Positions 1-8,711 of a DNA stretch of 64,000 nt are shown here, one piece after another (position 1 is the stretch's first letter; every line of letters begins with the position of its first letter). Source of the stretch: Bacillota bacterium (GTDB lineage: Bacteria > Bacillota > UBA4882 > UBA10575); NCBI GenBank assembly GCA_029782135.1, contig JAKOVI010000133.1, positions 10,176 through 74,175 of the forward strand, given 5' to 3'. A program made the translations under genes and the position numbers. The notes beneath the pieces were generated by a model. It saw only the letters and a list, made by a program, of their open reading frames with translations, was not told where the DNA came from and searched no databases.

Positions 1-451
1 GGTTATAGACGAGCGCGAGGAGACCGGCGCCGGTCAGTTGCGGGCTAACCTTTTCCCGCCCTTGCAATAACCTGTCCAGTAAGGCCCCTTCTTCCTCAAC
101 CACCTGCTGCAGGAGGGCAACCGCTTCCGCCCGGGAAAGAACGTCAATTTTCGTTCTTAAACGGTGCGCCGGTAAGAAAGTTCCGGGCGCCACCAGCCAC
201 CCCCAGAGCAGCGCCGCTGCGTGGCGGCAGGGCTCCCCGGCCGCCGGGCAGGAACAGTCAATGGTGAGGGACTGGCCGGTCAGCCGGACCCGCACACGGT
301 AAGCTCCTGACAGGTCAAGAACTGTGCCCTGCCAGCTTCCTTCAGCATGCACCAGATCTTTGACCAATCCACCCTGCCAATATATGCGGCCTTCTTTCCA
401 TGTTTCCTCAAGGAAGAACTTCCTGACTTCTTTACCGCTCAGGACGGACAT
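1..451 (-). CDS. SWIM-type zinc-finger domain protein (partial; the 3' end runs off the left edge)
   Basis: Absent from the ORF track because it has no in-window stop. My manual translation from the ATG at 451..449 gives MSVLSGKEVRKFFLEETWKEGRIYWQGG...TIDCSCPAAGEPCRHAAALLWGW... and stays open to position 1. CxC-x7-CxH is the SWIM signature. Confidence 0.55.
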   Translation of the reverse strand, partial: MSVLSGKEVRKFFLEETWKEGRIYWQGGLVKDLVHAEGSWQGTVLDLSGAYRVRVRLTGQSLTIDCSCPAAGEPCRHAAALLWGWLVAPGTFLPAHRLRTKIDVLSRAEAVALLQQVVEEEGALLDRLLQGREKVSPQLTGAGLLALVYN

Positions 452-550
452 GCCTGTAGCCCCCTTACCCGGTATGGAGTGGCCATCGCCGGCCGGAGTG
501 ACCCGTCGAGAGTTGTCACGTTAAACTACACTGTCCGCACGCAGGTCTAA

Positions 551-573
551 GAAAAAAGGCCCAGGCGGGCCTT
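551..573 (-). terminator. Rho-independent terminator downstream of nrdD
   Basis: Minus strand AAGGCCC-GCCU-GGGCCUU hairpin followed by a U-run, about 15 nt after the nrdD stop. Confidence 0.8.
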
Positions 574-588
574 CTTTAAAGGAGCAAT

Positions 589-2706
589 TTAAATGTGAGT
601 TTTCCGGTTGGCCAGTTCCATTCTTTTTGCATCGTTAAACCGGTCGACCGTCGAGAGATAACCGGTGATCCGCCGGACCCGCCGGATCTCCGTCGAACCG
701 CAGGAGGGACATTCTTCCGGAAAGATGCCCTGGTTGCCGCAGACACGGCATTCGTCAATCGGGAAATTAATCCCGGCATACCCCATGTCGGCCGCCGCCA
801 TCTGCCGGATGATCCGCTCAAACGCTTCCGGGTTATCAACCGGGGGAGCGGAAAATTCAACATAGCTGATGTGCCCGGCATTGGTCAACCGGTGATAGGG
901 TGCTTCAAGGTTGATCTTGTCGAAGCAACTGATCTCCTGATGAACAGGGACATGAAAACTGTTGGTGTAATAATCCCGGTCGGTTACCCCTGGAATACTA
1001 CCGAACATTTTCCGGTCAATCCCAACAAACCGTCCGGAAAGACCTTCCGCCGGGGTTGCCAGTAACGTGTAGTTCAGATCATACTCTTCGGCCAGCTCAT
1101 CCACACGCTGCCGCATATGGCTGATGATCTCCAGTCCCAACTGTTGGGCGCCCGGATCTTCGCCGTGGTTTACTCCGGTGAGCGCGGTGAGGGTCTCCGC
1201 CAAACCGATAAAGCCAATCGAAAGCGTCCCGTGTTTAATCACCGGGGCGATCGGATCTTCCGGTTTGAGCCGCTCAGAATCTAAATAGAGATGTTGTCCC
1301 ATCAAGAAGGGCATATCTTTCACTTTCAGCTTGCTTTGGACGCGATAACGGTGGTAAAGCTGACGCCCGACCAAGACCAGAATCCGGTCCAGTTCATGGT
1401 AGAACTTTTCCAAATTGCCGTTGGCTTTAATCCCTATGCGCGGCAGGTTAATCGTGGTAAACGAGAGGTTGCCCCGGCCGGTGGTCACCTCCGCGCCGTG
1501 CCGGTTGGCGATCACCCGTGTCCGGCAACCCATATAGCCCACTTCCGCCCCGTAAGGCGCATTAAAGGAGGAGTCCATAAAGGAAAAGGTCGGGTTCAGG
1601 CGGCGGGCGGCCACCCGCATTGCTAGTTGAAAGAGATCATAATTGGGATCTCCGGGGTCGAGGTTGATCCCTTTCTTGACCCGGAAAATAATGTTCGGGA
1701 AGATCGGCGTCTCCCCACGCCCCAGTCCCCGTTCATGGGCCAACAGGAGGGAACGGGTGATCAGTCTTCCCTCGGGCGAGGTATCGGTCCCGAGGTTAAT
1801 ACTGCTGAACGGCACTTGCGCCCCGGCCCGGCTGTGCATGGAGTTCAAATTATAGATTAAAGCCTCCATCGCCTGGTAAACGTCATCCTCCGAGCAACCC
1901 GCGGCAAAGGGGGCCATATCCCGGTCGAAGAAAGGAAAGGATTGCCCGCCGTGCATGTCATTCTGCGAACTCTGGAGGATAATCGCCGCTAAGGCCGCGG
2001 CCGAGGAGATCCGTTTCGGCGGCCGGATGTAACCATGGCCGGTATCGAAGCCCTCCGTCAACAACCGGCCTAACGGGATCTGGACACAAGTCAATGTCTT
2101 ACCGTAAAACTCAAGATCATGAATATGTATATCCCCGTCGATATGGGCCTGCGCAAATTCCTCAGGGATTAAACGGTTCAAGTAATATTTTTTACTGGCC
2201 GCTGAAGCAATCTGTAACATTTTCGCGGATGGGGAGTTGCTGACATTCGCATTCTCACGGCTGGTTTCCACCAAGATCTCTTCCACGACATCCATCAGTT
2301 CCGACTTCGCCTCGCGCAAGCGGGTCCGGCGGTCACGGTACAGGATATAGGCCTTCGCGGTCCTGGCATGCCCGGTTTCAATCAAGACTTTCTCGACTGC
2401 ATCCTGGACTTCTTCCACGGTTGGTATACCCGCCGTTTTAACCTTCGCAATATATTTCACGACAACCTGCGCCAACTCTTCGGCCAACTGCCGGTCTTCC
2501 CCGCCAACCGCCTGGGCGGCTTTAAAAATCGCATCGGCAATCTTTTTAATCTCAAATTCAACAATGCGGCCGTCCCGCTTCTGAATGGAACGAAAGACTC
2601 TGGCCGGTGAGACGGTCGGTTGGTTACGAAAAGCAAGCAACTGACCTTTTTTCTCCTCTAACTTGTTCAATTCTTCCTGGACTTTCGCCATTGATCGTTC
2701 CCCCAT
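589..2706 (-). CDS. nrdD: Anaerobic (class III) ribonucleoside-triphosphate reductase
   Basis: 705-aa ORF with an N-terminal ATP-cone. The C-terminus has CRVCGN...CPSCGS cysteine pairs and the glycyl-radical motif RRITGYL. Its ATG overlaps the nrdR stop (TAATG). Confidence 0.93.
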   Translation of the reverse strand: MGERSMAKVQEELNKLEEKKGQLLAFRNQPTVSPARVFRSIQKRDGRIVEFEIKKIADAIFKAAQAVGGEDRQLAEELAQVVVKYIAKVKTAGIPTVEEVQDAVEKVLIETGHARTAKAYILYRDRRTRLREAKSELMDVVEEILVETSRENANVSNSPSAKMLQIASAASKKYYLNRLIPEEFAQAHIDGDIHIHDLEFYGKTLTCVQIPLGRLLTEGFDTGHGYIRPPKRISSAAALAAIILQSSQNDMHGGQSFPFFDRDMAPFAAGCSEDDVYQAMEALIYNLNSMHSRAGAQVPFSSINLGTDTSPEGRLITRSLLLAHERGLGRGETPIFPNIIFRVKKGINLDPGDPNYDLFQLAMRVAARRLNPTFSFMDSSFNAPYGAEVGYMGCRTRVIANRHGAEVTTGRGNLSFTTINLPRIGIKANGNLEKFYHELDRILVLVGRQLYHRYRVQSKLKVKDMPFLMGQHLYLDSERLKPEDPIAPVIKHGTLSIGFIGLAETLTALTGVNHGEDPGAQQLGLEIISHMRQRVDELAEEYDLNYTLLATPAEGLSGRFVGIDRKMFGSIPGVTDRDYYTNSFHVPVHQEISCFDKINLEAPYHRLTNAGHISYVEFSAPPVDNPEAFERIIRQMAAADMGYAGINFPIDECRVCGNQGIFPEECPSCGSTEIRRVRRITGYLSTVDRFNDAKRMELANRKTHI

Positions 2707-3173
2707 TATTCCTCATTTTTTTTCGCCCCAAGGAGAGTTTCGAGTTCGCGCATGAAAATATCAAGGTCTTTAAATTGCCGGTAAACCGAAGCAAAACGCA
2801 CATAGGCAACTTCATCGGTCTCCTTGAGTTTTTCCATGATTAACTCGCCAACCACCGAACTGGGAATTTCGTTCTCGTTCCGTTTCCGGATCTCTTGCTC
2901 CACGATATTCGCGATTCTTTCAACGGTTTCGAATGATAACGGCCTTTTTTCGCAGGCTTTGCGCAGTCCATTCACGATCTTTTCCCGGTTGAACGGCTCC
3001 CGGCGCCCATCTTTCTTGATGATCATTAATGGCTCTTCTTCAATCCGTTCAAAGGTCGTGAATCGCCTTTCGCAAGCCAGACACTCACGCCGGCGGCGAA
3101 TGGCCAGCCCTTCTCCGGAAGAACGGGAATCCACCACTTTACTTTCCGGATGATTGCAAAATGGACAGCGCAC
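2706..3173 (-). CDS. nrdR: Transcriptional repressor NrdR
   Basis: [17 protein letters not shown] zinc ribbon plus an ATP-cone. The GTG at 3173 is preceded by GGGGAG. I judge the ORF-track start at 3215 to be an upstream extension. Confidence 0.9.
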   Translation of the reverse strand: MRCPFCNHPESKVVDSRSSGEGLAIRRRRECLACERRFTTFERIEEEPLMIIKKDGRREPFNREKIVNGLRKACEKRPLSFETVERIANIVEQEIRKRNENEIPSSVVGELIMEKLKETDEVAYVRFASVYRQFKDLDIFMRELETLLGAKKNEE

Positions 3174-3206
3174 CTTACTCCCCTTGCCTTTCCTGCTTAC
3201 GGCTTC

Positions 3207-3254
3207 GCCCAACATTTAGTAGCCTTTATCAATTATAGCCACAAGATATTGACT
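3207..3254 (-). promoter_or_regulatory. Two candidate NrdR boxes, with starts 32 bp apart
   Basis: Minus-strand AGTCAATATCTTGTGG (3254..3239) matches 12/16 of the remembered acaCwAtATaTwGtgt consensus. CTACTAAATGTTGGGC (3222..3207) matches 10/16. Box 1 fills the promoter spacer. Confidence 0.5.
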
Positions 3255-3260
3255 TGTCTA
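3232..3260 (-). promoter_or_regulatory. Sigma-A type promoter of nrdR-nrdD
   Basis: TAGACA (3260..3255), a 17-nt spacer, then TATAAT (3237..3232), about 60 nt upstream of the nrdR start. Confidence 0.6.
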
Positions 3261-3415
3261 ACCGCTTCTCCCGGCAAAAAACTGATTTTTCCCTTTTTAT
3301 CTCCACCCTCCACCGATAAGGAACACGAGTTTCCTTTTTCCACTTTTTCTTTTCCTCTTAACATCTTTTTTAACAAAATGTTACGTCCCCGCGGCACCAA
3401 GGGCAACCAACCAGA

Positions 3416-4639
3416 TCAACAATTGTTCCCGGCAACATACCCGGTGGAGAAGGCAATTTGCAGATTGTAACCCCCGGTATACGCGTTCACATCGATCACT
3501 TCACCGGCGAAAAACAAGCCCCGCACCAGTTTTGATTCCATCGTCGCCGGCTGAATCTCTTTCACCGTAACTCCCCCGGCGGTTACAATCGCCTCGCTGA
3601 GCGGCCGCAGATCGGTAATCTCCAGCGCCAAACCCTTCAGGAGGGCGACCAGGTTTCCCCGCTCTTCTTTGGTAATCTGGCTGACCTGTTTCTCCGGTGG
3701 GATCGCCGCTAGGCGGACAACCACGGGAATGAGCTTCCGGGGGAGGAGATCATCCAGGGCATTGGCAAAGATCTTCCGTGCATATTTTTGGAAATCCCTT
3801 TGGATCCGTGCGTCCAACTGCTCAGGAGGGAGCGCCGGTTTTAAATCAATGAGCAGCCGGTAGGAGGTGGCGGGACGCAAGTGGGTACTGGCCGAGAGGA
3901 TCACCGGCCCGGAGACGCCGAAGTGGGTGAAGAGCATCTCCCCAAAATCACTGTAGATTTTCTGTCCTTCGGTGGAAAGAAGCTTAATCGCCACATTCTT
4001 CAGGGTTAACCCCTGCAGTTCGCGGACCCACTCTTCCCGGACCTCCAACGGCACCAGGGCCGGTTTTAACGGGGTAATCGTGTGACCATGCTCGGCCGCC
4101 AGACGGTACCCGTCGCCGGTTGAACCGGTTAACGGATAGGAGCATCCGCCGGTCGCAATGATTACTTTTGTTGCAGGCAAAGTTTCTCCGCTTTTCAACT
4201 GTACGCCGGAGACCGCCCCCGCCTCGACCAAAATTTTACTGACCTCTCCCCGGATAACCCGCACATGATTCTCGGTCAGATATTTCTCCAAGGCCCGCAC
4301 GACATCGACGGAACGGTCGGAGGCGGGAAAGACCCGGCCCCCCCGTTCGACTTTGGTTTTGAGTCCCAGCCGCTGGAGGAGGGTAAGCAGATCCTGATTG
4401 GAGAATTGGGTAAATGCGCTGTATAAAAACCTGCCGTTCACCGGGATATTGGCGATTAAACCGTCCAGATCGGTGATATTGGTAATGTTACAACGGCCCT
4501 TCCCGGTAATGAGCAGTTTTTTCCCCAGGCGTTCGTTTTTCTCCACTAAAGTAACTGCCAAGCCCCGGCGCCCGGCGGTACCGGCCGCCAACATCCCGGC
4601 GGGGCCGCCCCCAACGACAATCACCTGCGCTCTGGCCAA
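3416..4639 (-). CDS. NAD(P)/FAD-dependent oxidoreductase, HI0933/YhiN (BaiN-like) family
   Basis: VIVVGGGPAGMLAAG dinucleotide-binding motif and GKGRCNITN, typical of this flavoprotein family. TTG start with AAGGAG 10 nt upstream. Confidence 0.85.
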   Translation of the reverse strand: MARAQVIVVGGGPAGMLAAGTAGRRGLAVTLVEKNERLGKKLLITGKGRCNITNITDLDGLIANIPVNGRFLYSAFTQFSNQDLLTLLQRLGLKTKVERGGRVFPASDRSVDVVRALEKYLTENHVRVIRGEVSKILVEAGAVSGVQLKSGETLPATKVIIATGGCSYPLTGSTGDGYRLAAEHGHTITPLKPALVPLEVREEWVRELQGLTLKNVAIKLLSTEGQKIYSDFGEMLFTHFGVSGPVILSASTHLRPATSYRLLIDLKPALPPEQLDARIQRDFQKYARKIFANALDDLLPRKLIPVVVRLAAIPPEKQVSQITKEERGNLVALLKGLALEITDLRPLSEAIVTAGGVTVKEIQPATMESKLVRGLFFAGEVIDVNAYTGGYNLQIAFSTGYVAGNNC

Positions 4640-4827
4640 CCAGCGTCAACTCCTTTTCCCGAATCTCGCTTGATTTTATCAATTAAACCGTAATGGTTCT
4701 TTTCTACAAACCCATACCTGGATCGAACACTTAAAAGCGGACAAGCCGACAGTGGGATCACCGCGAGACCGCCTCCACCAACCAAGTTAACATCTTCAGC
4801 TTACCTCTTTCCGGGAAAAATTATGGC

Positions 4828-5014
4828 AAAAAAAAGGGCCACCCGATGGTGGCTACTGAACTACAACCTTATTTGGTTTACCTGAGAATTTTGAACTCCT
4901 ACCTCGACTGCCGGCGTGGTCAGAGGCAGGGCGAACATCACGCCTCAGCCCGGCGCCTGGCGTCAGTCGTGACGCTCATCCAAACTCATGTGGCTTTTTC
5001 CACACTGAGTTTGT
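4828..5014 (-). ncRNA. Candidate stand-alone small RNA (about 190 nt), class unknown
   Basis: Bounded by its own extended -10 promoter (5021..5049) and a strong terminator: GCCACC-AUCG-GGUGGC plus U8 (4828..4854). Internal hairpins include CAAACUCAGUGUGG/CCACAUGAGUUUG, GCGUCA-CGAC-UGACGC and GCCGG..GGCGUG/CACGCC..GGC. No convincing ORF. Confidence 0.45.
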
Positions 5015-5020
5015 ATATAA

Positions 5021-5049
5021 ATCATAGCAAATTGCCATGGTTCCTGCAA
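5021..5049 (-). promoter_or_regulatory. Sigma-A promoter with extended -10, driving the candidate sRNA
   Basis: TTGCAG (5049..5044), a 17-nt spacer, then TGC-TATGAT (-10 at 5026..5021). Confidence 0.6.
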
Positions 5050-5157
5050 TGGACAGGAGGAACGAATATTCGGGCTTGAGCGGCCGTTTTTTACCGTTTT
5101 TATCGATTTGCAGGCTTTTTCGCCATCTTTCTCCCGAATTACCAAAATATACTCCGC

Positions 5158-6456
5158 TTAACGCTTTACCAGATCCACGGCGGTCCGGGTGGCCGCCTTT
5201 CTGATCTCTTCTTCATCCCATTTCGTAAGCTTTCCGTCCCGCACCAGCCATTCGCCATTGACCATTACATCCGAAACATCACTGCCCCGGGCGGCGTAAA
5301 CGAGAAGGGATACCGGGTTGAAACAGGGCGTCAGATGACTTTGGTTCAGATCAATCATAATTAGATCAGCCTTTTTCCCAGCTTCCAAACTGCCAATGTG
5401 GTCCGCCAGGCCTAAGGCGTGCGCCCCGTTGATCGTTCCCATCTTTAACACAGTTTCGGCAGGGAGGACCGTCGGATCCTGATTTGCTCCCTTGTGCAGA
5501 AGGGAAGCCAACCGCATCTCCGCAAACATATCAAGCCGGTTGTTACTGGCCGCCCCATCGGTCCCCAAACTAACCGGTAAGTCTTCCTGCTGCATCTTGG
5601 CAACCGGCGCAATCCCGCTGGCCAGTTTGAGGTTGCTGGACGGGTTATGGGCGACCACCACTTTTTGCCGGGAGAGGAAGGCAATCTCGCCCTCGTCCAG
5701 CCAAACCCCATGGGCAAGCAGGACCGGGCGGGAAAAAACGCCATGTTCCGCCAGATAGGCAACCGGCCGTTTGCCATATTCCTTACTGATCTCTTCCAGT
5801 TCGTTCCGTGTCTCGGCGACATGGATATGGAGCGGGACTTGATAATGCCGGCTGGCGGCCACGACCTGCCGGAGGAACTCGGGCGGTACGGTATAAGGGG
5901 CATGCGGACCAAGCATGGTGGTGATTCTCCCTTGCGCCTTCCCTTTCCACCGCTTACCCGTTTCGATCGCTTCTTCAAGTTTCTTCTCTGCTTCCGGCCC
6001 CGTACCCAGCAGACCGCGGGCTAACACGGCGCGGATCCCCGATTCCTCGACCGCTCTGGCCACTTCATCCATGAAAAAATACATATCGGCAAAGGCCGTT
6101 GTCCCGGAACGGAGCATCTCACAGATGGCCAGTCTTGTCCCGGCATAAACATCTTCCGGGGTTAACTTCTCTTCCAACGGCCAGATCTTCTCTTTGAGCC
6201 AGGAATCAAGGGCTAAATCATCCGCTAGGCTCCGGAATAAGACCATGGCGGCATGCGTATGCGTATTAATCAGGCCGGGCATTACCAACTTATCCTGGGC
6301 TTCGATTAATTCCGACCCCGGTTCGATCATCGCCTCCCGCCACGGGCCGGCCTCCACAATCTTATCGTCAACAATCTTCAAATAGGCGTCGTGAACCGGC
6401 GCCTGGCCGTCAGCCATACTGATTAACCACTGGCAATGAATAATGATCGTTCCCAT
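5158..6456 (-). CDS. mtaD: 5-methylthioadenosine/S-adenosylhomocysteine deaminase (amidohydrolase)
   Basis: MGTIIIHCQWL..., with INTHTHAAMVLFRSLADDLALDSWLKEKIWPLE typical of MtaD. The ATG at 6456 is preceded by AAAGGAG. The ORF-track start at 6504 is an extension. Confidence 0.85.
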   Translation of the reverse strand: MGTIIIHCQWLISMADGQAPVHDAYLKIVDDKIVEAGPWREAMIEPGSELIEAQDKLVMPGLINTHTHAAMVLFRSLADDLALDSWLKEKIWPLEEKLTPEDVYAGTRLAICEMLRSGTTAFADMYFFMDEVARAVEESGIRAVLARGLLGTGPEAEKKLEEAIETGKRWKGKAQGRITTMLGPHAPYTVPPEFLRQVVAASRHYQVPLHIHVAETRNELEEISKEYGKRPVAYLAEHGVFSRPVLLAHGVWLDEGEIAFLSRQKVVVAHNPSSNLKLASGIAPVAKMQQEDLPVSLGTDGAASNNRLDMFAEMRLASLLHKGANQDPTVLPAETVLKMGTINGAHALGLADHIGSLEAGKKADLIMIDLNQSHLTPCFNPVSLLVYAARGSDVSDVMVNGEWLVRDGKLTKWDEEEIRKAATRTAVDLVKR

Positions 6457-6616
6457 TGGAATAACTCCTTTCCTCACCCTTTTCCCGCCAAGGGACAAGC
6501 CCAAGCATCACCGTGCTCCTTGAGGTGCAAGTCAATACCGGGAAGAAGAAACTGCTGAAATGCCTTTCTTCCAGATGCGCTATCTCTTACCGTCCTAGCT
6601 TAAAGCAACCGTACTC

Positions 6617-7858
6617 TTAAAAGCTGTTAAGGTACTTCTCCTGACTGGCGGTCAAAGTATCGATCCGTATGCCAAAAGCCTCCAGCGCCAGTCCAGCTAC
6701 TAACCGGTCGGTTTCCGGCGGTACCGGGTACAGGCCGGGGGCCAGTTTCCCCGCTTGGTCCTTGAGATAAAGCAGGGACAAAATCTGCAACGCAAAAGAA
6801 AGATCCATAATCTCCACCGGATGGCCGTCACCGGCGGCCAGGTTGACAAGGCGCCCTTCGGCCAGCAGGTACAAGCGGCGGCCATCTGCCAACCGGTACT
6901 CTGTAATATTCTTTCTGGCCTCAGTTTTTTCGACGGCCAGCTTGGTTAAGGCCACTTTATCAATCTCCACGTCAAAATGACCGGCATTGGCCAGAATTGC
7001 CCCGTCTTTCATCAACCGGAAATGTTCTTCCCGCCAGACGCCCGTGCAGCCGGTCACGGAGATGAAGAAATCCCCGATCCGGGCCGCCTCCAGGGCGGGC
7101 ATTACCGCATAACCATCCATTAACGCTTCGAGGGCTTTGACCGGATCCACTTCGCAGACCACGACACGCGCACCCAATCCCTTGGCGCGGGCGGCCACCC
7201 CTTTTCCGCACCAGCCATAACCGGCCACGACCACCGTTTTCCCGGCAATCACCAGGTTGGTGGTCCGCATGATTCCATCCCAGGAAGATTGGCCGGTTCC
7301 GTAACGGTTATCAAAAAGGTGTTTACAAAGGGCATTATTGACGGCAATCATCGGGAAGGCCAAGACGCCCTCCCTGGCCATTGCCTGTAAGCGTTGGACA
7401 CCGGTCGTCGTTTCTTCGCACCCGCCTTTCACTGCCGGAAGCAGGCTCCGCTCGCTGATATGTAAAAGATTGACCAGATCCCCGCCGTCGTCAATGACAT
7501 AGTCCGGTTTAATCTGTAAGGTCGCGGTCAGATGGGCAACATACTCGGCATTCGTCGCATTATGCCAGGCAAAAACCGGAATTCCCTCCTGCAACAAAGC
7601 GGCGGCCACGTCATCCTGGGTTGATAAGGGGTTACTCCCGGTCACCGCCAGCTGCGCCCCCAATTCTCGCAGAGTGAGGGCCAGATAAGCCGTTTTGGCT
7701 TCCAGATGAACGGAGATCGCCACCCGGTTCCCCCGTAGTGGCTGCTCCGCGCTATATTTCTCCCGGATCCGGTTGAGGATGGGCATATGTTTACTTACCC
7801 ACTCGATTTTTTTATACCCGGTTGCCGCTAAGTTTCGATCGCGAATTTGGTACTCCAT
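6617..7858 (-). CDS. ahcY: Adenosylhomocysteinase, short (archaeal/Thermotoga-like) type; possibly an S-inosylhomocysteine hydrolase
   Basis: 413 aa with AhcY-family motifs (GDGHPVEIMD, NAD site VVAGYGWCGKGVA). Lies directly upstream of mtaD on the same strand. Confidence 0.9.
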   Translation of the reverse strand: MEYQIRDRNLAATGYKKIEWVSKHMPILNRIREKYSAEQPLRGNRVAISVHLEAKTAYLALTLRELGAQLAVTGSNPLSTQDDVAAALLQEGIPVFAWHNATNAEYVAHLTATLQIKPDYVIDDGGDLVNLLHISERSLLPAVKGGCEETTTGVQRLQAMAREGVLAFPMIAVNNALCKHLFDNRYGTGQSSWDGIMRTTNLVIAGKTVVVAGYGWCGKGVAARAKGLGARVVVCEVDPVKALEALMDGYAVMPALEAARIGDFFISVTGCTGVWREEHFRLMKDGAILANAGHFDVEIDKVALTKLAVEKTEARKNITEYRLADGRRLYLLAEGRLVNLAAGDGHPVEIMDLSFALQILSLLYLKDQAGKLAPGLYPVPPETDRLVAGLALEAFGIRIDTLTASQEKYLNSF

Positions 7859-8214
7859 TGCCGGGTCGCTCCTTTCCTTGCCGTTTACTCTTTCCTTCAG
7901 GGCTTAAGCGGTTGAGGCTTACCGTCACCACAACATGTGAAGCGCTCCGCCGCTTGTCTAATCTTTATTCTCCCGGTTTAATTCCGATGCTTAGATCGTA
8001 TGCGTGACGTGGCGATCTTGCCGCTTGTTCCTTTCAATCCTTAAGGAACGAAGTGCTGCTTCCTAGATTAATAATTATAATATAAAAAACTACGTATTGA
8101 AAGAAATTTGGAAAATTAACCGGACAAGAAAAACCCTCTTAACTTTTTACCCGAAAGATACGAATAAAAGAATAGCGGGCCGATCCTGTCCTGCTAGTTT
8201 GTCAAGGAACTGTC

Positions 8215-8231
8215 TTAATTACGTTAATTAA
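8215..8231. promoter_or_regulatory. AT-rich palindrome, candidate operator of the XRE regulator
   Basis: TTAATTA-cgt-TAATTAA is a perfect 7-bp inverted repeat about 85 bp upstream of the XRE gene, in the divergent ahcY/XRE intergenic region. Confidence 0.3.
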
Positions 8232-8314
8232 CTACCCATCATCGAACTGATTTAATCCTCATTACCGGAGGAGGAACGAATTTTCACGAAGAACACGCAA
8301 TAAATGAATAAACG

Positions 8315-8656
8315 GTGGTGAGTAAGGTGTCTTTTGGGTCTAGACTTCGGGCTTTACGCGAGGAACATGGATTATACCAGAAAGATTTAGCACTCAAATT
8401 GGACTTAACCCAGAAAACAATCAGCAACTATGAGAACAATGAACGGTTCCCGGATCAAAAAACATTGAGCCGGATCGCTGATTTTTTCAATGTTTCCGTC
8501 GATTTTCTCCTGGACCGCACCGATATCCGTAATCCTCTTGAAATCGTCGCCGCCCACCGGACCGACGACCCGATGACCGACCTTCCGGAAAAGGCCAGAG
8601 ATTCAGTGCTGGCCTTTATCAAGCTCGTGAAGAAGGAGTTGGGAATCGAAGAATAA
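8315..8656 (+). CDS. XRE-family helix-turn-helix transcriptional regulator
   Basis: LRALREEHGLYQKDLALKLDLTQKTISNYENNERFP is an HTH_3 motif. The start is ambiguous among GTGs at 8315, 8318 and 8327. Confidence 0.85.
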   Translation: MVSKVSFGSRLRALREEHGLYQKDLALKLDLTQKTISNYENNERFPDQKTLSRIADFFNVSVDFLLDRTDIRNPLEIVAAHRTDDPMTDLPEKARDSVLAFIKLVKKELGIEE

Positions 8657-8711
8657 CCTGACTACCCTGCAGGGTGTTGGGTTATGATATCCAGCAAATG
8701 GGGGATCAACC

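Noticed and set aside
4741-4800. A tmRNA- or tRNA-like 3' end (GCCTCCACCA at 4771..4780 on the plus strand, and GTTCGATCC on the minus strand nearby).
   Set aside because: No T-arm (GGGTTCGAATCCC-type) precedes the CCACCA. No acceptor-stem partner or tag ORF was found, and the stems flanking GTTCGATCC are not complementary.
4846-5145. Track ORFs 4846..5079 (+, 77 aa) and 4963..5145 (-, 60 aa) in the mtaD-flavoprotein gap.
   Set aside because: Neither has an RBS, their composition is not protein-like, and both overlap the promoter, hairpin and terminator architecture of the candidate sRNA.
7894-7903. A recurring CTTCAGGG(C)/GCCCTGAAG motif at 7894, 24851, 63169, 63181 and 63351. It might be a dispersed repeat.
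   Set aside because: Apart from the three copies that form the leader switch at 63.2-63.4 kb, the other hits are single 8-10-mers inside unrelated hairpins. About two chance occurrences of an 8-mer are expected in 128 kb of two-strand sequence, so there is no evidence for a repeat family.
7859-8060. A possible SAH or SAM riboswitch in the roughly 200-nt ahcY leader. It has an outer helix AAGCGG...CCGCTT enclosing GGAGCGCTTCAC...GTGACGG.AAGCCTC just before the RBS.
   Set aside because: The segment superficially recalls the SAH-element core (GGAGCGC...AGGCUC...AACGGCGCUC). However, the pseudoknot partner GCGCUC and the GAGG/CCUC pairing are absent, and no S-box (GAGGGA, GCAACC, AGAUGAG) or T-box motifs are present. 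It is left as an unannotated leader and is worth a cmscan only.
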